From positions 248,001 through 312,000 of the forward strand of contig NW_015164218.1 of NCBI RefSeq assembly GCF_001447785.1: a DNA stretch of 64,000 nt, in the 5' to 3' direction. This DNA is from Gekko japonicus. Lineage: Eukaryota. The position numbers and the translations under genes are program-made. The notes beneath the pieces were generated by a model. That model was not told the origin of the DNA and made no database searches. It saw only the letters and a program-made list of their open reading frames with translations. The first letter of the stretch is position 1. Each line of letters starts with the position of its first letter. Shown one piece after another: positions 61,921 through 64,000 of this stretch.

Positions 61921-62285
61921 GGCCCCGTTCACACGGGCTGGATATCGCGCGGGGGGAGGCGTGGCTAATTGCCCCAGCGCAGTTTGATCCGCAATTACGC
62001 AATCAGACGCGCCGGCAGCACACCACGGGTCCTTCCCTCCGTGCCGGTGGGTAAATGAGGGACTGGAGGGGAATGCCGTGCGCCGGCGCGATCACACCAT
62101 GGGTGTCTGGAGGCAGCCCGTGGCAAACGTTTACTAGTTCCAGAGGTACTAATTTTTTAATGTGCATTGTCGGCGGTAAGCCATGGGTGCACTCCACTTC
62201 CCAGATGTTGGGGTGTGATCGCGCCTGGATAATCCGCCCACCATCCGTGCCTCTCCCGTGGCAACTTTGCCGTGTGACCGGGGCC
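61921..62285. mobile_element. PIF/Harbinger-like non-autonomous DNA element
   Basis: TIR ggccccgttcacacgg...ccgtgtgaccggggcc; same family as 39755-40259. Confidence 0.7.
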
Positions 62286-63498
62286 GAAGATTTCTTTAAC
62301 TGAATCGTGGCAACCTGTAATTTTAATCCTTATAGTAAGAAATGTGTACTTCAAAACATGGAAGCAGTGTATGAAACGTTCTAAAGCTGAAGGGTTGTTC
62401 CTTGTCTCCAGTGCCTGTGCTTTTGTGTCCTCTCCACTGAAAAGCTTCAAGCAAAGGATTTACTATAAAGATCGTAAACTGAATATTCTAAGGCAGGGAG
62501 CCCCCTGCATATTTACACTTTGCCATAATATTTTGGCTAGGAGGAAGTGGGGTTCAGCTCCAATCAGCACTGTCAGAGTTTCGTCTTAGGTGTTCCCAAT
62601 GTTGCTCACAAGGCCCTCCTTTCTAAACAGTCTCCATAAAAACTGGAACTGCACAATGAAGTCCTATCATTCTCTGTGGAGTGTGGAGGAAAAAAGGCCA
62701 CGTTTATGCTGGCAGAAGTGAGTTTGTTTTTCCAAACATGCTTAATACAGGCTTTCTTCTGTCCATGCTCTGGCTGCCTGCCAAGCTGTAAGCTTATTTC
62801 TCAGCGAGAGCAGTAGGAAGAAGGCTGGGCTTCCTCTCTGCTTTCTTGATGCCATACGGTAATCTGGACATAGCCTTCCAATAGGATCCCTTTCTGTTTG
62901 ATTGTGTCTGAGACTTTCCCGTTCTGATGAAGGGGAACGGGGCATGTTTGCTCTGTTCTCAAGGGCTTCTTTTGTTAGAAGTCCCTAAAAATGAAACAAA
63001 TTTTTTAGTGACATGCCTCTTTAAACCCCAGTGTTAGCAAACTGGTGCAGTGTAGTGCTAGATATTAATCGAGATCTCTTTGGGATGCGTCTGATTGAAA
63101 ACTTGCCTCTGCCATGAACTTGCTAGATGTCTGTAGGCAAGTTGCTACACCATCTTCCCATACTACACCATCTTCCCATCTGCAGTATGTGGTTAAGGCT
63201 GACCTACCATATAGGTTAGTTGTAAGAACTACAATAAAGTAAGGTGTGGGTTTGTGAGCCTCTGATATAGTGAGCTTCAGGTAAGCAGTTGTGGAGTGCC
63301 TTAATAATTTGGGGTATACTTCACACCTCAGATTGAGAAAGTAGTGTACAAATGTTGTATTTTAAACTTTCTTATAACAGATTGCCTTTTAGTAGTATAG
63401 AAGCACTTTCACTATTTTAGGATACACTTCATTTACCTATGTGAAAGAGAGATGTTTGTTTCTAGTAACTGGAAGGTTGTGAACCATACATATACTGA

Positions 63499-64000
63499 TC
63501 TTCGGTGTGGTCTCTGTGCTTCACACCCATGGGATCTAGTGCGTACGGCATTGTAGTAAGCTCTTTTAACGGATTTTTGTGCCCAGACCTCGGACATGCG
63601 CAGGAACCCCACCGCACATGCCCAGAGGGGAGGGCGCTGACATCCCGCCAGTTCCTTTCTTACCGCTGCATTGGAAATACCTTTTTCTTTGTCGGTCTGA
63701 TCGGTTCACGTGTTTTGGCTTTTTGCCTCACGGCTCTTTGGATTTTTTCCTCAGTTTATTCCTTTACTTCGTTGTTCTATCAAAAAACCCTTTTATTTTC
63801 TGCTGAGGGGGAGGTCAGCCCCGGTGTCGACCATATGTACAGAGTCCAAGAGACAGGGGCCGAATTCCTATTCTCCCATCCTCAACCAAACTCTATGGTT
63901 GTAACATCCTCCTCAAAATCTAAACGAACACACTCTGCACCTTCAGACAGAGAAAGTAAAAAATTGGACGCCTTCGGCAGACGCTTCTATTCCACCGGAG
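63499..64000 (+). mobile_element. Probable DIRS-like retrotransposon left terminus, continuing beyond window
   Basis: tcttcggtgtggtctctgtgcttcacacccatggg...catgcgcag...cagttcctttcttaccgc resembles reptile DIRS terminal repeats; abrupt CpG rise; recognised from memory only. Confidence 0.5.

Overview
Vertebrate nuclear DNA from a squamate reptile, probably a gecko. The host call rests on the repeat content: BovB, Sauria SINE, 5S-derived SINEs, CR1, Penelope-like fragments and abundant hAT MITEs. Three spliced protein-coding genes were reconstructed by hand with GT-AG boundaries and consistent phases. SCAF1 (+) has 10 coding exons, 6950-26828, 1489 aa. IRF3 (-) has 9 coding exons, 44326-30642, 456 aa, and is convergent with SCAF1. 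LASP1 (+) is represented by its first two coding exons (51395-58976) and continues past the window. The rest is intronic or intergenic DNA dense in transposon relics, several with intact TIRs and TSDs, plus one 53-nt assembly gap. No unambiguous new system is proven. The best leads are: (1) an internally duplicated symmetric exon pair in the IRF3 linker; (2) a 127-bp-arm Penelope-like hairpin with a hammerhead-like core in an IRF3 intron; (3) NF-kB sites, one transposon-borne, at an IRF3 promoter that lacks its mammalian partner BCL2L12; (4) a solo LTR with AATAAA on both strands between the convergent SCAF1 and IRF3 3' ends; (5) a multibranch RNA structure and candidate cassette/poison exons in the SCAF1 intron upstream of the CTD-binding region.
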